This document shows positions 16,431 to 26,797 of a stretch of DNA of 60,420 nucleotides, one piece after another. The DNA is taken from positions 1 to 60,420 of IMG/VR virus record IMGVR_UViG_3300042549_004702; one strand, written 5' to 3'. Made by a program: the position numbers and the translations under genes. Position 1 is the stretch's first letter, and every line of letters starts with the position of its first letter. This DNA comes from a virus (lineage: Duplodnaviria > Caudoviricetes). The notes beneath the pieces are model-generated. The model did no database searches and was not told where the DNA came from. It saw nothing but the letters and a program-made list of their open reading frames with translations.

Positions 16431-17357
16431 TTGAGCGAAAACGGATTGATTCAGAAAGACTCAGCATCTAGTCAGATCGACTGGATGTACGCCATCGACG
16501 GATCTGCAGACCAAATTGTGCACAGCCTGCCATCGCGCACAGACGAGGAGGTATCAGAGATCCGCAACTCAGCGCGCGCACTCGGAAGGGCAGCGTGGAG
16601 AATCGAGGCGGCTTGTGATGCGGTCATCCTCGACCGTGTCAAGCTTCGCGGCGGACGTGGGCAGAAGGACATCGAAGGCGTAGGCGTCGATGCCGCTGTG
16701 CGCCAGGTAGCACACGACCTCAACGTCACGCCCCGAACGATCTACCAGAACGCAGCCATTCACAAAACATTCTTTGCCGAACAACCAGGCGAAGACGGAA
16801 CGTCTGAACGCGCGATCAGTAGTTTTGATCACCTCGAAGAGAAGGAGTTCTTCAAGGCTGCATTACGGTCACCTGACCCACACGAGACGATCGAGCTGCT
16901 GGCACGAAAGAAAGCCGAAGACCCAAACTTCTCGACGCGCGATGCGTGGCAGCTGGTCAAGCCGCGTCACGTGCCAGACCTGACAGCGATACTCCCGGCA
17001 ATTACTCTCGACGACGACGGCCAGCGCATATGGTCGAATATCTGGGAGCACGTGAAAGCGTTTGCCACGAAGTATCCGGCAACGCGCCAGACACTCTTCG
17101 ACGCGCTCGATGAGGTCAAATACATCGTAGAGATCCCCGCTCAAGCCGTTCAGGAAAGGATCATCAATGTCATTCAGAATCTGGGCATCAACGAACTTGA
17201 TCCGATTGCTGACTTTCTGCGAGAAGATCGCGAGGTGGTGCGGGTATGGCTGAGCAGGATGATTGATGACGACGTGCTCACATCGCGCATTCAGACAATG
17301 GAAGAGCGCGTACCAGGCGCACGAGGCCCGGCGCGCACTTACTACGACATCGCCTAA
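16431..17357 (+). CDS. HTH DNA-binding protein (ParB/KorB-like central HTH, C-terminal winged helix)
   Basis: VRQVAHDLNVTPRTIYQ; LDPIADFLREDREVVRVWLSRM...GPARTYY. Confidence 0.6.
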   Translation: MSENGLIQKDSASSQIDWMYAIDGSADQIVHSLPSRTDEEVSEIRNSARALGRAAWRIEAACDAVILDRVKLRGGRGQKDIEGVGVDAAVRQVAHDLNVTPRTIYQNAAIHKTFFAEQPGEDGTSERAISSFDHLEEKEFFKAALRSPDPHETIELLARKKAEDPNFSTRDAWQLVKPRHVPDLTAILPAITLDDDGQRIWSNIWEHVKAFATKYPATRQTLFDALDEVKYIVEIPAQAVQERIINVIQNLGINELDPIADFLREDREVVRVWLSRMIDDDVLTSRIQTMEERVPGARGPARTYYDIA

Positions 17358-17376
17358 TCACGGAAGGGGACAACGA

Positions 17377-18180
17377 ATGGAAAGCAAAAGCACAACAACT
17401 ATCAAGAGTTACGGATCGGCAAAAATGGTCGAAAGTTGGGGAGACGATTACTCGATTGCCAAGATTGCCAGAGTATCGACGGGATCAGAGAACAAAGGCA
17501 AAGCCGCCAATCGCCGACTGATCAAGACTCTACTCGAGCACGACCACGGATCGCCGCTTGAGTTTGGTGGGATGATATTTCGGATGCATATGCCGCTATA
17601 CCTTGTGGCACAACTGCAACGTCACCGGATGGCCAGCTACTCTCAGCGATCCGGCCGATACGTCGAAATGGATCTGACATTCCACAAGCCGTCCGGATGG
17701 CGGCGACAATCGCTTGTAAACCGTCAGATGTCCGACACCCTTATCACCGACCAGCAAGCGGCTGAAAATGCTTACCTGGGGGCAATAGAAGCGTCTGTGA
17801 CGGCATATCAGAAGCTGCTGTCACTTGGCGTGAGCAGGGAGCAGGCGCGAACGGTGCTACCAGTATGCACGGAGACCGAACTGTACGCGCAGTTCAATAT
17901 CCGATCACTGATGAACTTCTTGCGACTACGAAAGGCGCACGACGCACAAGGCGAGATACAGCTATACGCGCAGGAAATGGAGGATCACTTTGTGCGCCAA
18001 TTCCCGCTTATCGGCGAGCTGCATCAGATATTGTGTGAGGTTGAGTCGGATCTTGCGTCGCAACGTAAGCAGCTCTGGCAGCGCAAGGTAGACGACCTTA
18101 CCGAGTTTGAGGTCAAACGACTCGAGCATTGGACAGAGCAGGCAAGGACGAACGAAGGCGTCGATCCGGAAGAGTACTAA
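17377..18180 (+). CDS. thyX: FAD-dependent thymidylate synthase
   Basis: HGSPLEF, QLQRHRMASYSQRSGRY, EQARTVLP, AQGEI. Confidence 0.95.
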   Translation: MESKSTTTIKSYGSAKMVESWGDDYSIAKIARVSTGSENKGKAANRRLIKTLLEHDHGSPLEFGGMIFRMHMPLYLVAQLQRHRMASYSQRSGRYVEMDLTFHKPSGWRRQSLVNRQMSDTLITDQQAAENAYLGAIEASVTAYQKLLSLGVSREQARTVLPVCTETELYAQFNIRSLMNFLRLRKAHDAQGEIQLYAQEMEDHFVRQFPLIGELHQILCEVESDLASQRKQLWQRKVDDLTEFEVKRLEHWTEQARTNEGVDPEEY

Positions 18181-18515
18181 GCTCGATCCGCATTCTCTTC
18201 ACGCCTCAATATGCGCGTAGCCCAACGTAAGCCAGCATCCCCGCCCCAAAGATCCCACGCAACACGACCAGCCGAAGGAAAGCCTGTCTCACCCTGACGT
18301 GCTCCTTCGGCTTTGAGGTCTACTGCGTGACGCGCAAAGTAACTGACCATTCGCTTGATTGTCTCGATCGGTATTCCCTTCCCGTTGCTGAGATCTCGTG
18401 CACGTGCTACTCCGATCTCAGTACCTCCACGTCCATACTCTCGACGCCATTCAAGGGCGCGTTTTGCTGTCGATTGAACGTCTATTGGCGGAACTGCTGG
18501 CATTGGCATAATCAA
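18177..18515 (-). CDS. Conserved phage domain protein (AWDLWGGDAG)
   Basis: RMVSYFARH...AWDLWGGDAG, a motif I recall from head-module fusion proteins. Confidence 0.7.
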   Translation of the reverse strand: MIMPMPAVPPIDVQSTAKRALEWRREYGRGGTEIGVARARDLSNGKGIPIETIKRMVSYFARHAVDLKAEGARQGETGFPSAGRVAWDLWGGDAGLRWATRILRREENADRA

Positions 18516-18583
18516 CCCTCCAATAAAATATTTGCACTCGAGACTATATCTTTGGGCGATTTAGAAAAAATTCAGCGAGGTGA

Positions 18584-19147
18584 TTGATGATTACGATAGG
18601 AATATTACGAGCAGTCTTTCCACGAGTTGAGGCGCACAAGCTGCAGCTATTTGCTATCTGGTTTGGTCGTTATTGCGATGAGTACCAGATCAACGACAAC
18701 AAGCGTCAGGCGGCATTCTTTGCGCAGATCGGACACGAGAGCGGCGACCTTCGATGGATGGCTGAGATATGGGGGCCAACGGCGCAACAGCTGCGCTACG
18801 AGCGACCGACCACGCTTGCAGCGTCTCTCGGCAATACAGAAGCTGGCGATGGGTCACGCTTTCGTGGTCGCGGGCTGATCCAGATCACTGGACGCGCCAA
18901 TTACACAGAGGCCAGCATTGCGCTATCAGTGGACTTTGTGGGACAGCCGGCACTTCTGCAGCGACCACAATACGCGGTGCAGTCTGCTTGCTGGTGGTGG
19001 AAGAATCGCGGACTAAACGAGATTGCTGATATCGACACTGAAGACTCATTCAAGGCAATGACCAAGAAAATCAACGGCGGACTGAATGGATACCCTGACC
19101 GATTGGCTCGATGGATGAGATTGCGCGAAGTGTTCAAACTCGACTAA
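18584..19147 (+). CDS. Endolysin, glycoside hydrolase family 19
   Basis: FFAQIGHES, FRGRGLIQITGRANY, TKKINGG. Confidence 0.93.
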   Translation: MMITIGILRAVFPRVEAHKLQLFAIWFGRYCDEYQINDNKRQAAFFAQIGHESGDLRWMAEIWGPTAQQLRYERPTTLAASLGNTEAGDGSRFRGRGLIQITGRANYTEASIALSVDFVGQPALLQRPQYAVQSACWWWKNRGLNEIADIDTEDSFKAMTKKINGGLNGYPDRLARWMRLREVFKLD

Positions 19148-19287
19148 CAGAAAAGCCGAATGAAAAATTTTTCAAAATTTCGCGGCATAATCGAGACTCT
19201 CGACAACCATATGTTGCGAGGCTTTATGTCAGGTGGTCAGAGTACGTGACTCTGGTTACTTTCAGATCTGAAACAATTGGAGGATCG

Positions 19288-20100
19288 ATGCAGAAAATAA
19301 TCTCAATTCTTGGCGTGATCAGCTCGGTAACATTTGCCGTAGCTCCACAGTTTACCTCTCTTCAGCCCAAGACGGCGGCGTGGCTTGTGCTTATCGGCAC
19401 GACTGTTACTTCGGCTTCAGGGGCATTGATGAAGTTTGGCGAAGATAACAAGGTCATTACAGCTATCGGCGTTGCCGTTGCGGTGTTGACGGTTCTTGCC
19501 GGAGCTGCGGATCTGTTGCCTACCAATGCAGTTTTTATTCTGACCGTGGCCGGCACCGCGCTTGCTGCAGTAGGTAAGTCGCTGTTCAACTTTTCGAGTA
19601 ACGACGACGACTTTCCCGGCAATGGTGGCAAGGGTTTTATCATTCTCCTGATGCTTGTCGCTGGTGTCGGGAGTCTGACAGCTTGCGAGAAGGATAAAGA
19701 GTACGCAAAGACGCTTGATCGCGTCTCCGGATACGTCAACGCTGGCATCCAGCTTGTCGATCGTCAGACCGGAACGGGCGAGATGTCGAAAGATACCGGC
19801 ATCGTCATCACGACGTCGCTTGTACAGATCAACGAGCTAAATCGACAGTTGATCACCGTGTCTCAGTCGTACATATCGAAGGACGGTCAGCGTCTCGAAC
19901 TGACGGGAGACGGCAAGACTAAGATCCTGTCAATCCTGATCAGCTCGCGAACGATCGCCAATGAGCTGGTAAACAATCCCGTATTCAAGGCCATTCCCGA
20001 CGCGAAACGACGTCAGTACACAATCCTGATTGATGACCTGGTTGGCACGATCGCGTCAATCACAGAGCTTGTCACAGTCGCAAAAGAGGTGAAAAAGTAA
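19288..20100 (+). CDS. Multi-TM lysis protein with internal lipobox (holin/spanin-like)
   Basis: GGAGG RBS; four N-terminal TMs; LLMLVAGVGSLTA-C. Confidence 0.55.
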   Translation: MQKIISILGVISSVTFAVAPQFTSLQPKTAAWLVLIGTTVTSASGALMKFGEDNKVITAIGVAVAVLTVLAGAADLLPTNAVFILTVAGTALAAVGKSLFNFSSNDDDFPGNGGKGFIILLMLVAGVGSLTACEKDKEYAKTLDRVSGYVNAGIQLVDRQTGTGEMSKDTGIVITTSLVQINELNRQLITVSQSYISKDGQRLELTGDGKTKILSILISSRTIANELVNNPVFKAIPDAKRRQYTILIDDLVGTIASITELVTVAKEVKK

Positions 20101-20303
20101 TGAACAATCAGATCATTCAGAACCCGGTAACGGGATATCTCAACTTTATTTCGTATGCCGCGCTTGCCATCCTGAAAGAGATTCTTGCCGAATCTGCACG
20201 GTCTGGCAAAAGCGTGGAAGAGCTTCTCGACGCTGCTATGATTCAGACAAACACCAACGCTGATCAGGCTGCTGCGCTCTTGGCACGGCTGAAGGGAGAG
20301 TGA
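20100..20303 (+). CDS. Small lysis-module protein
   Basis: TAATG coupling. Confidence 0.6.
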   Translation: MNNQIIQNPVTGYLNFISYAALAILKEILAESARSGKSVEELLDAAMIQTNTNADQAAALLARLKGE

Positions 20304-20403
20304 TCCATCATCTACCGTGCGCCATTGCCATCATCGAGGCCGACCATCTAACAGGCTCGAAGATACCGGCAATGGCGCACATATCAGCCCCACGAGGAAC
20401 GCT

Positions 20404-20709
20404 ATGAACGAAATAATGAATCAGGCCATAGGAACGATCGTAGTATCAGTAGTTAGTGTCCTTGTCGGGTGGATGATGAGTGCACTCAAAATGACATCGC
20501 GCGTCGAATTTACGCGGCGAATCAGTGAGATCAATGAGCGACTTAAGCAGATCGAGACCGAACAGAAGACCTTTGTGACGCACGCGGAATTTCGAAACAC
20601 AATGCAGGACTTAAAGGAGTCACTCGAGAAGCAGCACGATCAACTTCGTGATCAGCTCAATCAAATCAATGCCACGCTGCTCTCCCGGCGAGGCCCAACG
20701 CAGGGGTAA
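20404..20709 (+). CDS. Single-TM coiled-coil protein (holin-like)
   Basis: N-terminal TM followed by a heptad-rich helix. Confidence 0.55.
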   Translation: MNEIMNQAIGTIVVSVVSVLVGWMMSALKMTSRVEFTRRISEINERLKQIETEQKTFVTHAEFRNTMQDLKESLEKQHDQLRDQLNQINATLLSRRGPTQG

Positions 20710-20711
20710 TT

Positions 20712-22460
20712 ATGGCAATTGGAGTTGTGAATTTTCCTACAACGCTTGACACGCTCGACACGCTCATCAAAGCCACTGACAACGCAACTACCACGCTCAC
20801 CAGTGCGGTCAACAGTACAACTGATGTGATTACCGTGGCGTCAACAGCCACGTTTGCCTCAAGTGGACTACTGGCAATCGATAACGAGCTGATCACGTAC
20901 ACGGGCAAGACAAGCCTGACCTTCACCGGATGCGTTCGCGGCTTTAATGGCACGACTGGCGCATCCCACGGCAACAGCTCACTCGTTGAGAATGTCGATT
21001 CATCGGCATATCACAACACTCTGGCCGCGGCCTTAGTTGCGACGCAGACCAAGCTGGGAGCCGGTGCTACAACCAATCGCGCTATCGTCTCTGATGGATC
21101 GGGCAACTATACGGCATCAGCGATGACCTTCAACTCGACCGATACAGCCTTCGGCAACGTCGGCGCGATCGATTTTGATACTACGCCTGCCGGAACCGTC
21201 ACGACTGCTCGATACATATGGGACGATATCGATGGCACGGTCAATCTTGGGTTAAAAGGCGGAAACGTCACACTGCACGTCGGCCAGCAAAACATCACGC
21301 GAGTTGTCAATAAGACTGGAGCACAACTCACCAAAGCTGCATACAAGATAGTCAGAGCGGGCGGAGCGCAGGGACAGCGATTGTCAGCACTGCTGGCGCA
21401 GGGAAACAGCGAGATTAACTCAACTGACATCCTTGGGCTGGTGGCTGAGACAATCGACAACAATCAGGAAGGATTCGTTGTACAGCTCGGACTTGTCGAA
21501 GGCATCAATACTACGGGAAGCTTGCAGAGTGAGACGTGGGCCGACGGAGACGTGATATACCTGTCGCCAACGGTTGCAGGCGGACTCACAAAGGTCAAGC
21601 CGGTCGCACCGAATCACTTAGTCATCGTAGGATACGTGGTATACGCTCACGCCAACAACGGCAAGATCTTTGTCCATCACGCCTCAAGCTGGGAGCTTGA
21701 CGAGCTTCACAGCGTGCTGATCAGCTCTCCAACTAACGGTCAGTCGCTGGTGTACGAATCAGCTACTGGTCTGTGGAAGAATCAGGCAGTGGTCGCGACA
21801 CCTGCCGGCACGTCAGGCAGCTACCAGTACAACAACGCTGGAGCACTTGGCGGGGGAAGCCTAAGCGAAGGCTCAAGCCTCGTCACCAGCTCAGTCAACT
21901 TTCGAGTGCCAACTGGTGGATCTGCGTCATCGACGACATTGCAATTAGGTTCTGCCAATACAGGCTTCTACCTGTTGTCCGGATCCGTTGCGGTATCAAG
22001 CCAAAACGCAGCAATGATGCTGTGGAATGGATCGAATGGCCATGTCACAATTCCCGCAGGGTATCAGTACTCATTCGGTTCATCGGGATTATCATCGCCG
22101 GATCTTGGGATGATTCGTCACGCTGCCGGAGTACTACGCATTACCAATGCCGATGGATCGTCGGGTCAGTTGCTGATCGGCGCAAGCGGCGCAACTGCCG
22201 GTGGACAGGCTCACGTCATATCAAGTGCCGCAGGTACAACCGGACTGCGTGTAGATTCAGCAGCGTCGCCAACGTCACCCATTCTTGACGTGCGCGTCAA
22301 TGGCACAGCCGATAGCGGCATCAAGGTTGACGCCTCAACGACAACGGGTGACACTCGATTCTTTCTATACGACGCCACGGCCGGCACGATCAAGCGAGTG
22401 CTAGTTGGTGCAGCCGATTCAGGTGGCTCAGGCTTCAAGGTGCTTCGAGTCGCTAACTAA
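20712..22460 (+). CDS. Virion fibre or decoration-like protein
   Basis: T/G/S-rich beta repeats; shares a domain with the 46864 tail protein. Confidence 0.65.
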   Translation: MAIGVVNFPTTLDTLDTLIKATDNATTTLTSAVNSTTDVITVASTATFASSGLLAIDNELITYTGKTSLTFTGCVRGFNGTTGASHGNSSLVENVDSSAYHNTLAAALVATQTKLGAGATTNRAIVSDGSGNYTASAMTFNSTDTAFGNVGAIDFDTTPAGTVTTARYIWDDIDGTVNLGLKGGNVTLHVGQQNITRVVNKTGAQLTKAAYKIVRAGGAQGQRLSALLAQGNSEINSTDILGLVAETIDNNQEGFVVQLGLVEGINTTGSLQSETWADGDVIYLSPTVAGGLTKVKPVAPNHLVIVGYVVYAHANNGKIFVHHASSWELDELHSVLISSPTNGQSLVYESATGLWKNQAVVATPAGTSGSYQYNNAGALGGGSLSEGSSLVTSSVNFRVPTGGSASSTTLQLGSANTGFYLLSGSVAVSSQNAAMMLWNGSNGHVTIPAGYQYSFGSSGLSSPDLGMIRHAAGVLRITNADGSSGQLLIGASGATAGGQAHVISSAAGTTGLRVDSAASPTSPILDVRVNGTADSGIKVDASTTTGDTRFFLYDATAGTIKRVLVGAADSGGSGFKVLRVAN

Positions 22461-22475
22461 ACAGAAAAGGGAACA

Positions 22476-23081
22476 ATGAAACTTGCCACAATCACATTTT
22501 TGATCGTCACTGCTTGTCCGGTTATGTCAGCCGGACAAAGCATTACCAGTATATATGCGCGGATCGCTCCGCCTTCGCCGTCATCCGGCAACTCTGCGCA
22601 AATTGGCGCAGGTGTGGATGGAATCTACTCACTTGGTGGTGGAATTTACGCAGACATTGACCTGAGTGCCGTTCAGGAGACCAAGACGTATGTTGGTAAC
22701 GGTTGGAGCCTTCGAGGCCAGTCAGAAGCCTTGTATCGCGTAAATCGGGCATTCCTGATTGGTGGCGGAATCACAGCAGCCCGTCACACTAATAGCCAGT
22801 ACACGAAGTACCAGTATCAGCCCATAGCTACAGGCCACTATCGACGATCAGCGGCAACCGATGTTTACGCCAGCTACCTATTCAAGGCTTCCGGCAACGA
22901 TAACCAGTTGCACGGATACCGCCTCGGATATCGCGGGACATATGCCGCAACCAATAGTCCACGCACTGGACTATTCTTTCAGGTAGAATATACACACTTT
23001 CGATTCCTGACCGCCTTTCGGGAGCAGAGATCGGGCGGCGTCGTTGTTCTTGGCGTCGGAATCAGTCGCATAGGCAAGTAA
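22476..23081 (+). CDS. Signal-peptide protein, outer-membrane beta-barrel-like
   Basis: Signal peptide; alternating aromatic/Gly strands; ends VVLGVGIS. Confidence 0.5.
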   Translation: MKLATITFLIVTACPVMSAGQSITSIYARIAPPSPSSGNSAQIGAGVDGIYSLGGGIYADIDLSAVQETKTYVGNGWSLRGQSEALYRVNRAFLIGGGITAARHTNSQYTKYQYQPIATGHYRRSAATDVYASYLFKASGNDNQLHGYRLGYRGTYAATNSPRTGLFFQVEYTHFRFLTAFREQRSGGVVVLGVGISRIGK

Positions 23082-23102
23082 TATTTACACAGAGGATCAA
23101 CC

Positions 23103-23486
23103 ATGAAAATCAAATTGCACCAATTGTTCACAAGCTGGGCCATACTCAAAAAAGTCTCTCAGTTCGAGATCGAAGCAAGTCAGGCCATTCGCCTCAATCG
23201 CTTTATGCAGTCAGCCGAGAAGGAGCACGCGCTCATCGAAACGCAGCGACTCCGCCTTGTTCAGCAATTCGGCGAAGAGTCGAAGGACTTACTAGGTGAG
23301 TCGGTGTGGTCAGTGCCAAAAGAAAAAGAGTCCGAGTTCTGGGCGGCATTCTCGCCGATACTCGCCGAAGAGATCGAGATATACAATCCCGCATTATCCG
23401 CCGATACTCTGGCCGGTCAGAAGATATCAGCAATCGACTTCTTTGCTATTGCGTTTCTATTCAAGAACGAAAGCGAGTCTGAATAA
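23103..23486 (+). CDS. Hypothetical phage protein
   Basis: GAGG RBS; coupled to the next gene. Confidence 0.65.
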   Translation: MKIKLHQLFTSWAILKKVSQFEIEASQAIRLNRFMQSAEKEHALIETQRLRLVQQFGEESKDLLGESVWSVPKEKESEFWAAFSPILAEEIEIYNPALSADTLAGQKISAIDFFAIAFLFKNESESE

Positions 23487-23917
23487 TGGCCGTGTGGGGC
23501 GAGTTCAAATGGGGAGTGCGTCGATTCTGGGAGCAGTACTCGCCGATCTTTGGCGCAACCGTTACCATCTCGACATCACAAGTCACCGTCGCCACAATCT
23601 CACATATCATCGAAGGTGGATCTACTATGCCAGAATATGTCGTCGGTAACGTCCTCAAGCTTGCGGCCAATTTCAAGAACGGATCTACCGATGTCGATCC
23701 CGGATCGATCGTACTCAAGATCAAGTCGCCACTCGGTACTATCCAGACATACACCTACGGAGACGATGCCGACCTGGTGAAAGACTCGACAGGTGACTAT
23801 AGCTTCAACTACTCGCCCGCATACGAAGGGCGATACTCTTTCCGGTGGGCAGGACTCGGCACGAACGCCAGCGCGGCTGAATCGTCGTTTGTCGTCACCG
23901 AAAGCCAGTTCAACTAA
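23486..23917 (+). CDS. Ig-like virion protein
   Basis: DSTGDYSFNY...GRYSFRW beta-sandwich pattern. Confidence 0.55.
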   Translation: MAVWGEFKWGVRRFWEQYSPIFGATVTISTSQVTVATISHIIEGGSTMPEYVVGNVLKLAANFKNGSTDVDPGSIVLKIKSPLGTIQTYTYGDDADLVKDSTGDYSFNYSPAYEGRYSFRWAGLGTNASAAESSFVVTESQFN

Positions 23918-23994
23918 GTCGCCAGATAGCCAAGATACGCGCACAGTTGACCGCTGACGCGTTTTTCTGCTTCAGGTGCTAGATAGGGTAGGGT

Positions 23995-25092
23995 ATGCCG
24001 CCAAAACCGACTACAAGCCAAATTGCCGCAATGGCCGAACAGTTCAAGGAAGACTTGCTCAACCTCGAACGTCAGTCAGCGTCACGTCTTGTCCGGCATT
24101 ACGGGGCGGCCTACAAGCGTATGCAGTCACGCATTCGCGCCCTTACCAATCAGATCGAGCGCGCGCGAACCACCGGCACTCGCATCAGTCCCGCATGGCT
24201 TTTCCAGATCGAGCGGTATCAGGAGCTAATGCGCCAGGTCGAAGCCGAAACGTCACGCTTTGCCGGCATTGTTGAGTCCACAATCAAAACCAATCAACGC
24301 AAAGCCGGACTATCAGGTATCGCTAACGCGCAAGCCATCGGCACGGCCAGCATCGAAGCGGCTGATCTCTCCGTCAGCTTCTCGACACTCAATCCATCAG
24401 CCGTCGAATCAATGGTCGGATATCTGGCCGACGGTTCCCCGCTCACGCGCATACTCAGCCGACTGCCCGCAATGGCCGCTCAGTCCGTCACAGACGCACT
24501 CGTTGAAGGTGTGACGCTTGGCTACAACCCCGAGAAGACGGCACGACTTGTTCGTAATGCACTGGGCGGCGACCTGAACCGCGCACTAACAATCACTCGC
24601 ACCGAAACACTGCGCGCATATCGTGAGGCTACATACCAAACCAACCTCAAGAACTCATCGATCGGCTCAAGCTGGGTGTGGATCGCCAGCTACAGTCGCC
24701 GCACGTGCGCAAGCTGTCTCGCACTTGCCGGATCCGTTCACCCACTGTCCGAACGGATGGAGTCACACCCACGATGCCGATGTACTCAGATGTTTCTCGT
24801 CAACGGGCTACCCAATCGCGTGGAACCCGGCAACGAATGGTTCGCCAAACAGGACGAGCCAACGCAAAGAGCCATCATTGGCACAAACGCAGGTTACGAG
24901 GCATACCAGCAAGGCAACCTCAAGTTGACCGACCTTGTAGGCCGAAAGAATGATCCCCAATGGGGCAATCAATACCATCAGCTATCCGTCAGGAAAGCAT
25001 TGCAACAGCAAGGCCAATTTCCCGGATACAATCGCCAGCAGCAGGACGCTGTCGGCGACTTACTGACAAGGCTCGGCGGGATGCCTGAGTAA
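23995..25092 (+). CDS. MuF/SPP1 gp7-like minor head protein
   Basis: TITRTETLRAY, RTCASC, HPRCRC. Confidence 0.9.
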   Translation: MPPKPTTSQIAAMAEQFKEDLLNLERQSASRLVRHYGAAYKRMQSRIRALTNQIERARTTGTRISPAWLFQIERYQELMRQVEAETSRFAGIVESTIKTNQRKAGLSGIANAQAIGTASIEAADLSVSFSTLNPSAVESMVGYLADGSPLTRILSRLPAMAAQSVTDALVEGVTLGYNPEKTARLVRNALGGDLNRALTITRTETLRAYREATYQTNLKNSSIGSSWVWIASYSRRTCASCLALAGSVHPLSERMESHPRCRCTQMFLVNGLPNRVEPGNEWFAKQDEPTQRAIIGTNAGYEAYQQGNLKLTDLVGRKNDPQWGNQYHQLSVRKALQQQGQFPGYNRQQQDAVGDLLTRLGGMPE

Positions 25093-25706
25093 TGACGAAA
25101 GGTAATCAACAAATGAAAAAGAAATCAGGCAAGGATACTGGTGCGTGGAAGAATCGAATAGTCTCCCACGGTGAGCAGCCAGCAAACCAATTTTTAGCTC
25201 ACGAACTGAACGCCCGACGTCATCCAAGCAAGCAACGCAATGCTCTGCGTGGATCATTGAACGATGTGGGATGGATTGCGCCTGTAATTGTATCTGCTAA
25301 AACTGGTAAAATTCTTGATGGTCACGCCAGAGTAGAAGAATCGTTATCTCAAGATGAAAATTCGCTCGTGCCATTTATAGAAGTGGATGTCAGCGAAAAT
25401 GAAGAGCGAACCATTCTTGCCACATTTGATCCAATTACCGGGTTAGCAATATACGAGCGAGAGTCTCTTGATGCATTATTACAAGAAGTGAATACTAGCG
25501 AAATGGCGCTTCAAGAATTGCTAGCCGATCTTGCTCAAAAAGAAGGTATTATTATACCTGATGATGTTAATGTTCCGGATGTATCGTCTCAGATACAAGG
25601 ATTAGAATATCGCGTTATTGTGATTTGTGATTCTGAGTCTCATCAATCTCAATTATTAGAACAATTCGAATCGGAGGGTCTGCAATGTCAAGCATTGATA
25701 TCGTAG
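25092..25706 (+). CDS. ParB/Srx N-terminal domain protein
   Basis: NARRH...GWIAPVIV...ILDGHAR. Confidence 0.8.
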   Translation: MTKGNQQMKKKSGKDTGAWKNRIVSHGEQPANQFLAHELNARRHPSKQRNALRGSLNDVGWIAPVIVSAKTGKILDGHARVEESLSQDENSLVPFIEVDVSENEERTILATFDPITGLAIYERESLDALLQEVNTSEMALQELLADLAQKEGIIIPDDVNVPDVSSQIQGLEYRVIVICDSESHQSQLLEQFESEGLQCQALIS

Positions 25707-26797
25707 TAAAGTCAGATATATCAAATTCGTCACGAGTAAAGCAATTAAGCGCAATGTTCGATGTTCCCCCTCAAGAAGTTTCAACTTTACGGTGGCAAGG
25801 CGAATTTAAATACAACGATCAACCGTGGAATGTTGGGTTAATTGTTGGACCATCTGGATGCGGTAAAAGTACCATTGCGCAAAAAGTATTTGGGAAAATG
25901 CCAGATCTGAAATGGCGAGGTAAAAGCGTAATTGATGATTTTGCATCATCTCTTTCGATCTCAGAGATTTCAGAGATGTGTCAAAGCGTAGGGTTTAATA
26001 CAATTCCTGCATGGATGAGACCTTATGCAGTATTGAGCAACGGCGAAAAGTTCAGAGTTGAAATGGCTCGTCGATTGCTTGAGCTGTCTGATCCTGTCTT
26101 TGTCGATGAGTTTACGAGCGTAGTAGATCGACAAGTGGCGCAAATAGGATCGTACGCTATTCAAAAATACGTGAGAAAAAATGGGCGGAAGTTTGTCGCT
26201 GCGAGTTGTCATTATGACATCATTGACTGGTTACAACCCGATTGGATATTCGAGCCAGCCACGATGACATTGACTAGGAGGTTACTTCAACGACGCCCAA
26301 ACTTACAGATTGAAATTTCAAGAGTTCCATATGAAACGTGGAAAATCTTTGCCTCCTATCACTATTTAAGTGCAAATTTGCATAAAGCTGCTCGATGTTT
26401 TGGGTTGTTTGTAAATGGTCAATTAGCTAGCTTTGCTGGGGTATTGCATCGCCCACATCCTAAAGTTCGCGATATAGTAGGCATTTCTCGAAACGTAACT
26501 CTTCCTGATTGGCAAGGTTTAGGATTAGCTATGATTTTAAGCGATAATTTAGGATCGGCTTATAAAGCAATCGGAAAACGACTTCATCATTATCCCGCGC
26601 ATCCTGGATTTATTCGGTCATTCGATAAATCGAAAAACTGGAAAATGGAGAAGCGTCCCGGTATGTTTTCATCGTTAGACGGGAAGACATCAAGTCTAAA
26701 GAATGTTAGTAAATCTCGTCCTTGCGCAGTATTTAGCTATCAAGGACCGTCGATTGATTATTCAATTGCCAATACGTTTATAAATAGCAATGTCTAA
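25685..26797 (+). CDS. ABC-type ATPase fused to a GNAT acetyltransferase
   Basis: GPSGCGKS, LSNGE, VDEFTS; ISRNVTLPDWQGLGL acetyl-CoA motif. Confidence 0.85.
   Translation: MSSIDIVVKSDISNSSRVKQLSAMFDVPPQEVSTLRWQGEFKYNDQPWNVGLIVGPSGCGKSTIAQKVFGKMPDLKWRGKSVIDDFASSLSISEISEMCQSVGFNTIPAWMRPYAVLSNGEKFRVEMARRLLELSDPVFVDEFTSVVDRQVAQIGSYAIQKYVRKNGRKFVAASCHYDIIDWLQPDWIFEPATMTLTRRLLQRRPNLQIEISRVPYETWKIFASYHYLSANLHKAARCFGLFVNGQLASFAGVLHRPHPKVRDIVGISRNVTLPDWQGLGLAMILSDNLGSAYKAIGKRLHHYPAHPGFIRSFDKSKNWKMEKRPGMFSSLDGKTSSLKNVSKSRPCAVFSYQGPSIDYSIANTFINSNV

Noticed and set aside
25685-26797. ABC transporter
   Set aside because: No permease gene nearby, and the ATPase is fused to a GNAT domain
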